Source: an uncultured Lentisphaerales bacterium (GTDB lineage Bacteria; Verrucomicrobiota; Lentisphaeria; JABSQK01; UBA12247). Taken from it: DNA of 64,000 nt. Below are positions 10,295-19,552 of this stretch, in pieces. The stretch is taken from contig CALSSJ010000023.1 of NCBI GenBank assembly GCA_943788985.1, positions 32,001-96,000 of the forward strand, in the 5' to 3' direction. Made by a program: the position numbers and the translations under genes. Every line of letters begins with the position of its first letter. Position 1 is the stretch's first letter. The notes under the pieces were generated by a model, which saw nothing but the letters and a program-made list of their open reading frames with translations, ran no database searches and was not told the origin of the DNA.

Positions 10295-10809
10295 CGACAA
10301 CCAACCCCGCTGTTTCCTGCCTGAAGGCACAACCGCCAAATACGTTTCCTACAATATTGTATTACTTTTTTGTAGGATTGCTCTGCGCGGGCTGTGTCTC
10401 CAGCTCACCGCATCGAGCCTGTCGCAAAGCCACCATTCCTGAGTACAAGGGCAGCTACCTTTGCGGAGTTCGCAAAGCAAATCCAGCCTGGTGGCTGGCC
10501 AACACAGACTCCCCATTGCCCGACTGGTGGCAGCCAGACCTTCACCCGGACAAGCGCCTCCGTAGCTGGAACCGACGCAATCCGCTGCATAACTTCACCC
10601 ACTACATCATTGGCATCTCAGACCGGGACTTCTGCCGTTACGGCATCAACCCAGATGGCGTTTGGGGACCATATGGCATCAATGCCACAGTCCTTCACAC
10701 CGGGCCCATCGTCCTGCCCTTTCTCAGCCTCCAGTCGCCGTGGATCGAGGCCTACGCAGGCTGGCGGGATCGCGGAAACTTCGGCCTTGCCCTCCGCCGC
10801 CGCGACTGA
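10288..10809 (+). CDS. Hypothetical lipoprotein (real start probably near 10357)
   Basis: LLCAGC lipobox-like motif; Trp-rich RNPLHNFTHYIIG domain. Confidence 0.6.
   Translation: MPTTTNPAVSCLKAQPPNTFPTILYYFFVGLLCAGCVSSSPHRACRKATIPEYKGSYLCGVRKANPAWWLANTDSPLPDWWQPDLHPDKRLRSWNRRNPLHNFTHYIIGISDRDFCRYGINPDGVWGPYGINATVLHTGPIVLPFLSLQSPWIEAYAGWRDRGNFGLALRRRD
10461..10475. repeat. Intragenic 15-bp palindrome TTGCGGAGTTCGCAA
   Basis: Exact copy; translated as CGVRK. Confidence 0.9.
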
Positions 10810-10814
10810 GCCCT

Positions 10815-13667
10815 CTACCGAGGCCTACTGCGCCGCCGCCTCTTCTGTGGTTCTGTGAGCACCAGCGCCAGGTTCCCCGTAACCCTCGGCAACACCCAAG
10901 TCGCCACTTCGGCGTCCCCTAGTTTCATCAGTGCCGACCCAGGCTTGGCAGTAGCCAGATCCCAGATCCGCACCTCCCGGCTCGTCCCCGACCCCAAACC
11001 CGGCAGGCTGAGTAGCGCCCCAGCCACCGCCAGCTCCGACGAATTCTCCACGTAGATCAGGCCCGTGCGAGCCGCCAGCACCGAGTCGCAACGTAACGCC
11101 ATCACCTGCTCGTCCGCCGGCTCCAGCCGAATACTTGACCACCGCAGCCACCCCGCGCCAGTGCACGCCAACTCCACAACATGGGCTCCCCCCGGAATCC
11201 GCACCCGCATCCGTGCCCCGGTTGCGAACTTCGCAACTGGCCAGCTTGTCTCGGAGATCGGCTTCCCATCCAGCAGGATCCGCAGCCCACTCCCCCGGTC
11301 GTCCACACTCTCCACCGTAAGGACCAACTCCAGCGCTGCATTCGTGCTCAGCTCCAGTCGCATCCCCGCGGACGCCTCCGGGTGCAAGTATGCTGGCAGC
11401 GGCTCGCGCATAGAAACAGTCAACAGCTCATCAATCCCCGCCGTCCCCGCCTCGCCGTCAGGATCGAACCCCACAGCCACCGGGACCAGAGTCAGCTCTC
11501 CAGCCTTGCCGCGCGCAGGTGCCCTCACCACCACCCGGTCCATCGCCATTACTCGGCCATCGAGAAACCGCCGCCAAGCCACTAGCGACTCACCCAGCCC
11601 ATCATCGGCCGCAAACGGAGCGGGTGCCCCAGCCAGTGCTGCCTTATACAAAGCCGAACGCACCACCGACTCATGCCATAGACGCAGGCCATGCCCATCA
11701 CCCGCCACCACCGCCTGAATCTCCCCGTCACTCACAATCCAGCGACGATTCATCACCATCCCCAGTGCTTGGTCCCACTCCTCCAGCAGCCATTCCCCCT
11801 CGCGCACATCCGAGATCGTCAAGGACAACGCCCCTGTCGCCGCCGCCTGCCCCTCTGGAGACAACAGCATCGCCGTCTCACCACGAAGCCCATGTGCAGG
11901 CACTGCCGAAAAAGCCGGGACCAGCCGAATCCCCTTCAGCTGAAACCAGTCCGCTCCCCCGTTATAGATCCTGAGCGTATGCTGCCCAGCTGGCACCCAA
12001 GTCGAATAGGTCCCCTGATGCCGCATCACCGGCCTGGCCCGCTCACGTTCCAGGCGTGAAATCGAAAACACCTCGCTCTCTCCGCCAACGCCATCCAGCT
12101 CAAACCCAAGCGTCGCGCCCACATAGGACACCTCGCCCACCTCCAGTTCTACCGAAACCCCATGTGCCGCGTCCACTTCCACCGTGATCTCGTTTAGTTG
12201 ATCCGGCCTCACTGCGCCGTGTACGTAGGCTGGCAGCTCACCCTGCAGCGCTGGATTTGCGGAGTTCGCAAACAGCGTCACCGGATTCGCATCCGTACGC
12301 TCAAACACCCCGTCAGGCGGCCGAAACTCTCCCGCGCCGAGTGCTCCAGCGGGCTGCAACTGCACCGTCAGCGGCCGTGCATGCTCCCTGCGCGCATCGA
12401 ACGGCCCCAGCCACGCCTCATGGCGCGCGTACTCCGGATACAGACTCTTGCCTCTGGCCGCGACGCTCCGATACAACGCCCGCTCCAGCCAGGCCCCATG
12501 CGCCTCCACACGAGCCCCCGGAACCGCAGTCATCTCCGGCAGTTGGCCCGACAGCAACGTCAGCGGCTGCTCACACGCCGCCACAAAATTCGCCGCGGCC
12601 GCATGCCCCGCATAGGGCGCGTAATGGTGCTTGGCATCGTGATTGCGCCAGAACATCACAAAGCTGATCCGCCGCGCCACCGGATCCGCCAGAATCGGGC
12701 CGAGCAGACAGTCTGTAAACCAATTCTCAGTCGGCAGGCCTTCCTCGCCACACTCCGTCAGGGCCGCCACCTTGTCGCGCTCGTCTGCCAGCGCCACCAT
12801 CACCCGCAAGCGCCGCACCAGCGCGTCCCGCTGTTCTTCAGACTGCAGCGATTCATAGCTATCGTGCCCCAGCACATCCACCACATCATCCCCCGGATAG
12901 CGCAGTAAGTATGACTCTCGATCCACAAAATGATCCGGTGCATACGCAATCAGCAACTGATGCAAATCATAGGTTTTGCGGAGTTCGCAAACCGTCCAGC
13001 GAAACAGCTGCCGATACGCCTCATCCGAGCACGCCCCCGTCCCCCACCAAAACCACGGCCGATTGGGTTCGTGGTACGGCCGCAAAATGAGCGGAATCCG
13101 CGCGCCATTGTCATCCGTCAGGGCCGCCAAAATCCGCGCCACGCGCCGCACCTCCCGAAGCAACAGCCCGTGGTGAGTCCCGCCCGGCAACAACTCCGCC
13201 ACCCGCATCGACTCCGTGTCCTTGAACGACCCGCCCGTGACCAACTCATGCATATGCCAGGTCACGGTCTGCACCTCGCCTCGCCGATGCGACTCCTGCA
13301 CCAGCGTGCGCAGGCTCGACTCCGTCAGCCCGTTCAGCAGCGCCTCTCCGGTTCCGCCATCGGCGCTGCCCACATCCCAGCCCAGCACCGCCGGATGGGC
13401 CCCACAGACACTCTTGAAGTCCGAGCGTCCTGCCTCGCCCTGCCAGCCGACACCATATGCCGTGGCATCCTGATGCCCCAGCATGATCCCAAACGCCGCC
13501 AGATCCTGCAGATTTGCGAACAGCGCACGCGCCGCCGGGTCGGCTGCCGGGTCGCTTGGCCTAGAGAAGACAACAGAGCAAAGAACAACAGATGTCAGAA
13601 TAGCGCGCATGCCAGCTAGTAACACGCACCTCGGCTCACGCAACAGCGCTCCGCATATCCCCAGCAA
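10815..13667 (-). CDS. GH26 beta-mannanase with long C-terminal CBM-like extension (start probably 13610)
   Basis: GHQD, TWH, LRPYHE (acid/base), WFWWG, YPGDDVVDVLGHDSY, ALTECG (nucleophile), FWRN motifs. Confidence 0.88.
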   Translation of the reverse strand: MLGICGALLREPRCVLLAGMRAILTSVVLCSVVFSRPSDPAADPAARALFANLQDLAAFGIMLGHQDATAYGVGWQGEAGRSDFKSVCGAHPAVLGWDVGSADGGTGEALLNGLTESSLRTLVQESHRRGEVQTVTWHMHELVTGGSFKDTESMRVAELLPGGTHHGLLLREVRRVARILAALTDDNGARIPLILRPYHEPNRPWFWWGTGACSDEAYRQLFRWTVCELRKTYDLHQLLIAYAPDHFVDRESYLLRYPGDDVVDVLGHDSYESLQSEEQRDALVRRLRVMVALADERDKVAALTECGEEGLPTENWFTDCLLGPILADPVARRISFVMFWRNHDAKHHYAPYAGHAAAANFVAACEQPLTLLSGQLPEMTAVPGARVEAHGAWLERALYRSVAARGKSLYPEYARHEAWLGPFDARREHARPLTVQLQPAGALGAGEFRPPDGVFERTDANPVTLFANSANPALQGELPAYVHGAVRPDQLNEITVEVDAAHGVSVELEVGEVSYVGATLGFELDGVGGESEVFSISRLERERARPVMRHQGTYSTWVPAGQHTLRIYNGGADWFQLKGIRLVPAFSAVPAHGLRGETAMLLSPEGQAAATGALSLTISDVREGEWLLEEWDQALGMVMNRRWIVSDGEIQAVVAGDGHGLRLWHESVVRSALYKAALAGAPAPFAADDGLGESLVAWRRFLDGRVMAMDRVVVRAPARGKAGELTLVPVAVGFDPDGEAGTAGIDELLTVSMREPLPAYLHPEASAGMRLELSTNAALELVLTVESVDDRGSGLRILLDGKPISETSWPVAKFATGARMRVRIPGGAHVVELACTGAGWLRWSSIRLEPADEQVMALRCDSVLAARTGLIYVENSSELAVAGALLSLPGLGSGTSREVRIWDLATAKPGSALMKLGDAEVATWVLPRVTGNLALVLTEPQKRRRRSRPR
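11222..11236. repeat. 15-bp palindrome variant TTGCGAACTTCGCAA
   Basis: Fits TTGCGRASTYCGCAA; inside GH26 gene (AKFA). Confidence 0.85.
12257..12271. repeat. 15-bp palindrome TTGCGGAGTTCGCAA
   Basis: Exact copy inside GH26 gene (ANSA). Confidence 0.9.
12976..12990. repeat. 15-bp palindrome TTGCGGAGTTCGCAA
   Basis: Exact copy inside GH26 catalytic domain (CELRK). Confidence 0.9.
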
Positions 13668-13748
13668 GAATCGCAGGACACCGCGCCCGAGAATAGAGGT
13701 TTTCCGCTATGAAGGCTGTAAAATAGGGCCCTACTTAGATGCCCGCCG

Positions 13749-13988
13749 TTATCCGTCAGTTGTGCCCGACGATTCGGGTTCGCAACATTGCAGGGAAACG
13801 ATCGCCGTGGCGATAAGGCTCGTGCAAACGAACAACGCGCCCGCCGCAAATCCTGAGGAGCCAGCGGTAATATCCCGCGGATCCGCGGACGCCATAAAAA
13901 TGAAACTCAGCACCATCCCGATACCTCCTGCCGCGGTGAGAACTGCACTGCCAACCAGCACAATCGTCTTCAATTGCTTTCCAATCAT
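13749..13988 (-). CDS. Small two-TM membrane protein
   Basis: AGGGAGG RBS; two hydrophobic helices. Confidence 0.6.
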   Translation of the reverse strand: MIGKQLKTIVLVGSAVLTAAGGIGMVLSFIFMASADPRDITAGSSGFAAGALFVCTSLIATAIVSLQCCEPESSGTTDG

Positions 13989-14042
13989 AGTCAGTCTCCT
14001 CCCTCTGCATCTTGAATCAGTGACTATTTTTGGTCACACCCG

Positions 14043-16154
14043 TCAGCCCATATCGCGCACAAGCTGCTCACTGCAGCGAAAGGCCAAGGCGTAAATTGTC
14101 AGCACCGGGTTGAAGCCGCCATTTGTCACGTGTAACGACCCGTCGATGACGGACAGGCCCTCGTGGCCGTGCACCCGACCGTATGAATCACAGACCGATG
14201 TCGCCGGATCATCCCCCATGCGACAAGTCCCCGCCTGATGCTGACCGCCCGGTCTCCCAGGCCGACGCGGGGCATTGCGCCACAAACGCTCGGCATCCGA
14301 CGCCCCAACCCAGTCCGCAGCCCGGTCGGCCAGAAACTGTGATGCGCGTACACTCTCCTCGTGGCATACCCCCGAAAGAACCGCCGCTGGAATCCCCAAC
14401 GAATCACGGACACCGGGATCCACTCGTACGCGGCAATCCGGCGTGGGAATCTCCTGAATCGGCCCACAGACATGGATCATACGCCGAGCATCTTCACGCA
14501 TGAATCGCTTATTCTCCGCACCCCAGCCGGGCACTCCCGGCGGCAGATGGCCATGCCACGTGATCACCGGCAGCAACACAAACTCATCGCACAGCATCCC
14601 ACCGCCAATAATCCCCTCGTTGCCGTGACTCCAGTGCGTCGTACCGATCCGGACCCCAGGCCCAGTATAATCCACCACCTCTCGGCGCAAAATCCCACGC
14701 GCACCGCTGTACAGATGGCCCTGCAGGTTGCGACCCACCTGATCGTTCTGATTGCCCAAGCCCTGCGGAAACCGATCTGTCGCGCTGTTCAGCAACAATC
14801 GCGCCGACTCAATCGCCCCCGCACTGCACACCACTTGGCGTGCCTGCACCGTGTGACAGCTCGGCCCATGATTTCCCTGGCGCCGCAGTTCCACAGCGGT
14901 CGCCCGCCCCTCGTCATCCACCAACACCCGGGCCGCAGAAGTCTCCGTCAACAGATCGCAGTTTCCCGTCGCCAGCGCGCGCGGAATCACGCTGTTGTGC
15001 GAGCCTGTTTTGGCATCCACCGGGCACTCAAAGCCCACACAGGCGCCACACCCAGCGCAGGCTGGCCTGCCGCCGTAATCCGTCGAGTTGATCAGCAATG
15101 GCGGAGCCCCTGTCGCAATCCCTAGCTTCTCCGCGCCTTTGCGGAGTTCGCAAGCCGCCGGGGTATCCGGCAGTGGTGGCATTGGGTACGGCGCAGACCG
15201 CGGTGCAGCGTGAAATGCGGAGTCCGCAACCCCGCAGACGCCCAGCTCTGCCTCCGCCTGCGCATAGTGCGGGGCCAACTCCTCGTAAGAAATGGGCCAA
15301 TCGGCGAGCGAACTTCCCTTTGGCACGCCGTAGTCGCTCGCCATGCGAAAATCCTTCGCTAAAAACCGCCAAGCCTGCGCACCGTACAGGCGAGTCCCCC
15401 CGCCCAGCATCTGCGCGTTATTACTCCAGCCCCCATGGTTGGGCTGAAGTACCCGCCGGGTCCCGTCCTCGCCAATTACCACGCGCGGGTTGCCCGCCAA
15501 CGCCGGGCCGCCATTGATTCCGTAACGGCTCAGGCGATGATTGCGCAGATGATCGCTGCCAACCGTGCCCTGCGGGCGCCAGCTGCCCCGCTCCACCAAG
15601 AGCACCGTCTTACCAGCTTCTGCCAGCTGACAAGCCACCACCCCGCCCCCTGCTCCGGCACCAATCACCACAGCATCGTATCGTTCGCGCAACTGCTCGG
15701 GTGCGATCTCCGCAAGCTCCGCTGGAGTGTGCGCGCGGGTAGGCCGCTTAATCGCCGGGCTGTAGCTCATCATCGGCCAGCCTGCCTCCGGGCCATGCGC
15801 CCCGCTGCTTGCGTCCGAGTAGTAATTCTCCGCCACCAGCGCATTCGCATCCCGAAACCAGCCAGCCTGCTCTCCAGTTGCGAACTCCGCAAGCAGCGCG
15901 TCCTGCGCCGCTGCGGCCAACTCTGCGAACTCCGCATCAGCCAGCCTTTCGAGGCCAGCCAGAAACTCGTCCTGCTTGTGCGCCCAATCGCCCGCCAGCA
16001 ACCGCGAGACATAGTCCTCACATTCCGCCTCGGCACCATCCGGCCAGCCGTCGCCTCCCGGAATTACCCGCCGGGCAAACGCCCGCAGCACCTCTCTCTG
16101 CTTATCTGTGACAGCTCTACGCCCCGTTTTGCTTCGCAACCGCGAACAATCCAT
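14043..16154 (-). CDS. GMC-family FAD oxidoreductase fused to an N-terminal gluconate-2-dehydrogenase subunit-3-like domain
   Basis: VIGAGAGGG FAD motif, Cys cluster CAGCGACVGFEC, HQAGTCRMG, NPVLTIYALA; N-terminal RVIP...NYYSD...GW domain. Confidence 0.88.
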   Translation of the reverse strand: MDCSRLRSKTGRRAVTDKQREVLRAFARRVIPGGDGWPDGAEAECEDYVSRLLAGDWAHKQDEFLAGLERLADAEFAELAAAAQDALLAEFATGEQAGWFRDANALVAENYYSDASSGAHGPEAGWPMMSYSPAIKRPTRAHTPAELAEIAPEQLRERYDAVVIGAGAGGGVVACQLAEAGKTVLLVERGSWRPQGTVGSDHLRNHRLSRYGINGGPALAGNPRVVIGEDGTRRVLQPNHGGWSNNAQMLGGGTRLYGAQAWRFLAKDFRMASDYGVPKGSSLADWPISYEELAPHYAQAEAELGVCGVADSAFHAAPRSAPYPMPPLPDTPAACELRKGAEKLGIATGAPPLLINSTDYGGRPACAGCGACVGFECPVDAKTGSHNSVIPRALATGNCDLLTETSAARVLVDDEGRATAVELRRQGNHGPSCHTVQARQVVCSAGAIESARLLLNSATDRFPQGLGNQNDQVGRNLQGHLYSGARGILRREVVDYTGPGVRIGTTHWSHGNEGIIGGGMLCDEFVLLPVITWHGHLPPGVPGWGAENKRFMREDARRMIHVCGPIQEIPTPDCRVRVDPGVRDSLGIPAAVLSGVCHEESVRASQFLADRAADWVGASDAERLWRNAPRRPGRPGGQHQAGTCRMGDDPATSVCDSYGRVHGHEGLSVIDGSLHVTNGGFNPVLTIYALAFRCSEQLVRDMG
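15139..15153. repeat. 15-bp palindrome TTGCGGAGTTCGCAA
   Basis: Exact copy inside GMC gene (CELRK); variants nearby at 15215, 15701 and 15923. Confidence 0.9.
15878..15892. repeat. 15-bp palindrome, reverse orientation TTGCGAACTCCGCAA
   Basis: Exact reverse-complement copy inside GMC gene (AEFA). Confidence 0.9.
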
Positions 16155-16344
16155 AGCACGTCATAGCTCATCCTGCAACAAAGCGTACATTCTCACATAG
16201 GGCCATATTCAGGACCTTTGCCAGATGATCGCAGTGAACCGCCCACAATCAACAATCAACCGCCTATTGTTGACCCTGTTCGGAATTGCGATCCTCATCG
16301 GCGCCGGGAAAGTCACTTGGACCGAGTTCCAATCCTACCTCTCG

Positions 16345-16359
16345 TTGCGGAGTTCGCAA
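16345..16359. repeat. 15-bp palindrome TTGCGGAGTTCGCAA
   Basis: Exact copy (LRSSQ frame). Confidence 0.9.
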
Positions 16360-16986
16360 CAGTGGGGACAGCGCCCGGCCACCTTTACCAAGATCCTGAA
16401 GGACGCCGACGATAGCATCATCGGCGCCGAGTTCACCTACAGCTTTGACGGAACACTGCGGACCGGCGATCAACTCTACCTGCGAGGCCTCACTCCGCCT
16501 GCGCAGCTGAAGTCCATCACCCTAGGTGACCAGACCACCTGCTACGTCAGCTCGCAAGGCGAAGCGGTGTGGACGCCACAGTTCACCGACCTTACGGCTT
16601 CGGCCCTGTATGTGATGATTCCCATCCTCATTCTATTTCCGTTCTTCATCATCATTCTGTCCCTACTTCACCAAAATTTCAGTGGTTCGCTGGGGTGCCA
16701 TCATCGGGGATGCAGTTTGTTTTTCTTGGCTTACGGATTGTTCTTGACCTGACAGCGCTATGCCTGGCGTGGAAACTCTTGCGTCACGGTAAAGGCATAG
16801 ATTCAATTCTCGAGTGGGAGGATACAAATGTCATCGGCGACGTTCTGCGCGGACGCCTGCTAGTGGGGACTAAGTCCTCACCTGACTCGGTAAAACTCAA
16901 GCTCTCCCACACTACAGAAAAATCCGATAACAACACAGCCGTAGCAGAGTGTACTGTGGACACACGCCAGATTGATGGCCGTAGTG

Positions 16987-17001
16987 TTGCGGAGTTCGCA
17001 A
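16987..17001. repeat. 15-bp palindrome TTGCGGAGTTCGCAA
   Basis: Exact copy (AEFA frame). Confidence 0.9.
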
Positions 17002-17349
17002 TTCCAATCCCCGGCTATTGCCCGCCCACAGCTGAGAACGTTACCTGGAAACTGCAATTTCACGACGGCAAGCGCTGGTCATGGGCGCTTGAACTCCCCC
17101 TGGCTCGCGCTCCTACTGAGGCTTTTCAATGGTAGGCTGCAAAGAGGAACCGAAGTATAGTCTACAAGGCAAAGTCGTCTGGTGGGTCGGCGGACTCTGG
17201 ACGTGCTTGATTCTCCTCATTTGGGGAATTTCGCCTCTTATTACAACGACAGCGTCAACTTGTACAAAGCACACCGATGGTGTGGGGCAAGCGGTTAAGC
17301 TCCACCGCAGCAACGCAGCCAGGGAGCAAAATGGCCGCAGCCCTCCGGG

Positions 17350-17450
17350 GCGGGGCGGCGAACGACCATCTGCGGCGTTGCGTGTCGCACACGTACCTAC
17401 GGGTACGCGTCGCTCCACGCGCCTGGCAGCTAACCATTCGGCGCTCCCGC
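17350..17450. mobile_element. REP/MITE-like ~100-bp imperfect hairpin element
   Basis: Outer arms GCGGGGCGGCGAA / TTCGGCGCTCCCGC; inner TCTGCGGCGTTGCG / CGCGCCTGGCAG; central CGTACC-TACG-GGTACG. Confidence 0.55.
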
Positions 17451-17827
17451 CAAAGTGTAACGTTAATTCCGCGCGGGCCCTTAGAACACGACGGGAGCTC
17501 AAACAGCAACTTGATGCTGGCACGGTCCGCATTTGCCATGGTGCTGCGGCGGAAGCAGAAAGTGAGCTGCGGCCAATGGTGATGTACGATATGGTAGGCC
17601 TCTGCTCCCTCATCTTCGCTATCCTGTCAGGGGTATATGGCGCCCTATCGCATGTCAATCAGGGCTGGATCACATGCAGCGCAGTAGGAGCAATCAGCAC
17701 GGTTGTCTGCTTGATCCGGCGCAGGAGGATTCTCAATCGGGCCAAAGAAATATTCCTCAGCGACAGTGCATTCTTTCGTCGGTGGGCCGACGCTGGTCTC
17801 TTCTGGTGTAAGCTAACCCAACTGGAC

Positions 17828-19552
17828 TCAAGCAGAGGCAATCGCTGGGATCACGCCGCGGACGGAGTTGAGGATGGCCAGGGCATCGCTGCGGGGCAGG
17901 TCTTGGGGCGTGATTGGGGCCTCGACGAGCTCTCCGCTGGCCAGCAGTTCACTGCGCAGGGTCCCGGCCAGCAGGCCGCAATCGATAGGCGGTGTCAGCC
18001 ACTGCCCGCGCAAGAGCACGGCCAGGTTGCCAATGGAGGTCTCGGTGCACTCGCCGCGCTCATTGACGAGGATGACGTCATCGGCCGCAGGGGCGGACTG
18101 GCGTGCGGTGTCGTAGGCGAGGCGATGTGTGGTTTTGTGGCGCAGAAACAGGTCCTGACTGTGGACGGAGTCGGGCACGACCTTGAGCCTCCAAGGCTCG
18201 CCGGTGAGGCAGTGAAGGGTCTGTGAGCGAGGCGTCGATACGGCGGATGCTGTGAGTTCGACCCTGCCTTGGGGATCACAGGTCAGACGAAGGCGGGTAG
18301 GCTCTTGGTCCTGACGGTGCCTGAGCCGTTCACGCAGGGCGGGCAGGTCCAGGGCAAAGCCAAAGTAGGATGCGGAGTCCGCAAGTCTGGCCAGATGGCG
18401 GTCCAACAGCCAGATGCCCTCTCCGGGCAGGCTGATCATGGTCTCGAGCAGGGAGAATCGTGGCTGTGGGCGCTGCATGATCTGCGCCTTGAGCAGGCAT
18501 TCGGCATACTCGAGCTGGGTTGCGGAGTCCGCAATCACGCCGCTGCCTACGCGATAGTGCGCGCGCCCGTCGGCTGCGACCTGAAGGGTGCGTATGGCCA
18601 CGTTGAACAGGGACCGCCCATCGGGCAGCAGGCAGCCGATGGCCCCGCAGTAGGCGCCACGCGGTGCTTCTTCCAGCTGATCGATCAAGCCCATCGTCTG
18701 GACTTTGGGCGTACCAGTGACGGAGCCGCAGGGAAATAATGCTTGCAGGCAGTCCCAGAGCGTGGTGGCCTCGGAAATCTTGGCGCTGACGGTGGAGGTC
18801 ATCTGCAGCACGGTGGGGTGCCGCTCGACCTCGAATAATGCCGTGGGCTCGACACTGCCGAAGTCGGCGATACGGCCAAGGTCGTTGCGGAGCAAGTCGA
18901 CGATCATCACGTTCTCGGCACGGTCTTTCTCGGAACTGGCCAGTTCGTGCGCCAAGGCATCATCTTGAGAGGTGCTGAGTCCGCGTGGCCGGGTGCCCTT
19001 CATCGGGCGGCAGGTCAGGGTGGTCCCCTCGCGCTTGAAGAACAGTTCCGGCGACAGTGAGATTAGGGACCAGTCCTCGGTTTCGATGCAGGCGAAGTAG
19101 CCGAGCTGTGTGGTGGGACATAGATCTTGAAACAGCGCCATGGGGCTACCAGTGAGGGTGCCGTGCATGCCAAAGGAATAGTTGACCTGATAGGTCTCGC
19201 CGTCTTTGATCCGCTGGTGGATATCGGCCATGTGTCGGCGATAGGTGCTGGCACTGATGGCAGGCACGAGCGGGGAGAGTGAGGCGGCGGATCGTTCAAT
19301 GGGAGCGGTTTCGCCACAGACGCCGAACCAGGCAAGCGGCAGGTCGAGCTCCCGACTGGCCAAGGCGCTGTCGAAGGCTGGTGCAGCGTCGTAGGCGATG
19401 TAGCCGACAACGGTGGCTCCGCCTGCGGCGGCGGCTTCGGCCGCGGTGATGACAGCGCGAACGTCGGCCAGATCGTGGGCGACGAACTGTCGCGATATCT
19501 TAGTGAAGAAGTGGACGCCCTCGGACCGAAAGTCAATCCGGGCGCGGTTCAT
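17828..19552 (-). CDS. pabB: Aminodeoxychorismate synthase component I fused to ADC lyase (PabB-PabC)
   Basis: GETYQVN, SPELFF, PMKGTRPR, ENVMIVDLLRNDLGR, FNVAIRT; C-terminal class IV aminotransferase motifs LLETM, RHLARL, HKTT, GLLAGTLR. Confidence 0.92.
   Translation of the reverse strand: MNRARIDFRSEGVHFFTKISRQFVAHDLADVRAVITAAEAAAAGGATVVGYIAYDAAPAFDSALASRELDLPLAWFGVCGETAPIERSAASLSPLVPAISASTYRRHMADIHQRIKDGETYQVNYSFGMHGTLTGSPMALFQDLCPTTQLGYFACIETEDWSLISLSPELFFKREGTTLTCRPMKGTRPRGLSTSQDDALAHELASSEKDRAENVMIVDLLRNDLGRIADFGSVEPTALFEVERHPTVLQMTSTVSAKISEATTLWDCLQALFPCGSVTGTPKVQTMGLIDQLEEAPRGAYCGAIGCLLPDGRSLFNVAIRTLQVAADGRAHYRVGSGVIADSATQLEYAECLLKAQIMQRPQPRFSLLETMISLPGEGIWLLDRHLARLADSASYFGFALDLPALRERLRHRQDQEPTRLRLTCDPQGRVELTASAVSTPRSQTLHCLTGEPWRLKVVPDSVHSQDLFLRHKTTHRLAYDTARQSAPAADDVILVNERGECTETSIGNLAVLLRGQWLTPPIDCGLLAGTLRSELLASGELVEAPITPQDLPRSDALAILNSVRGVIPAIASA
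18520..18534. repeat. 15-bp palindrome variant TTGCGGAGTCCGCAA
   Basis: Fits the consensus; second variant at 18370-18384; inside pabB (ADSA). Confidence 0.8.

Larger units (their letters stand above)
16225..17830 (+). pseudogene. DUF3592-like membrane protein(s), broken into ORFs 16225-16752, 16569-17135 and 17129 onward, and interrupted by a hairpin element
   Basis: TM followed by W..RPAT...AEFTYSFDG pattern; frame switches near 16720 and 17225; inserted palindromic element at 17350-17450. Confidence 0.45.

Noticed and set aside
17130..17830. oriC call at the skew flip
   Set aside because: No TTATCCACA-type DnaA-box cluster or AT-rich unwinding element was seen, and the skew reverses again further on.
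17830..18226. 3' part of the 365-aa ORF 17129-18226
   Set aside because: Antisense shadow of the pabB-pabC C-terminus; not credible as coding.
10461..18534. Palindrome copies as a CRISPR array or intergenic REP cluster
   Set aside because: Too short, irregularly spaced by tens to thousands of bp, all intragenic, and no cas genes are present.
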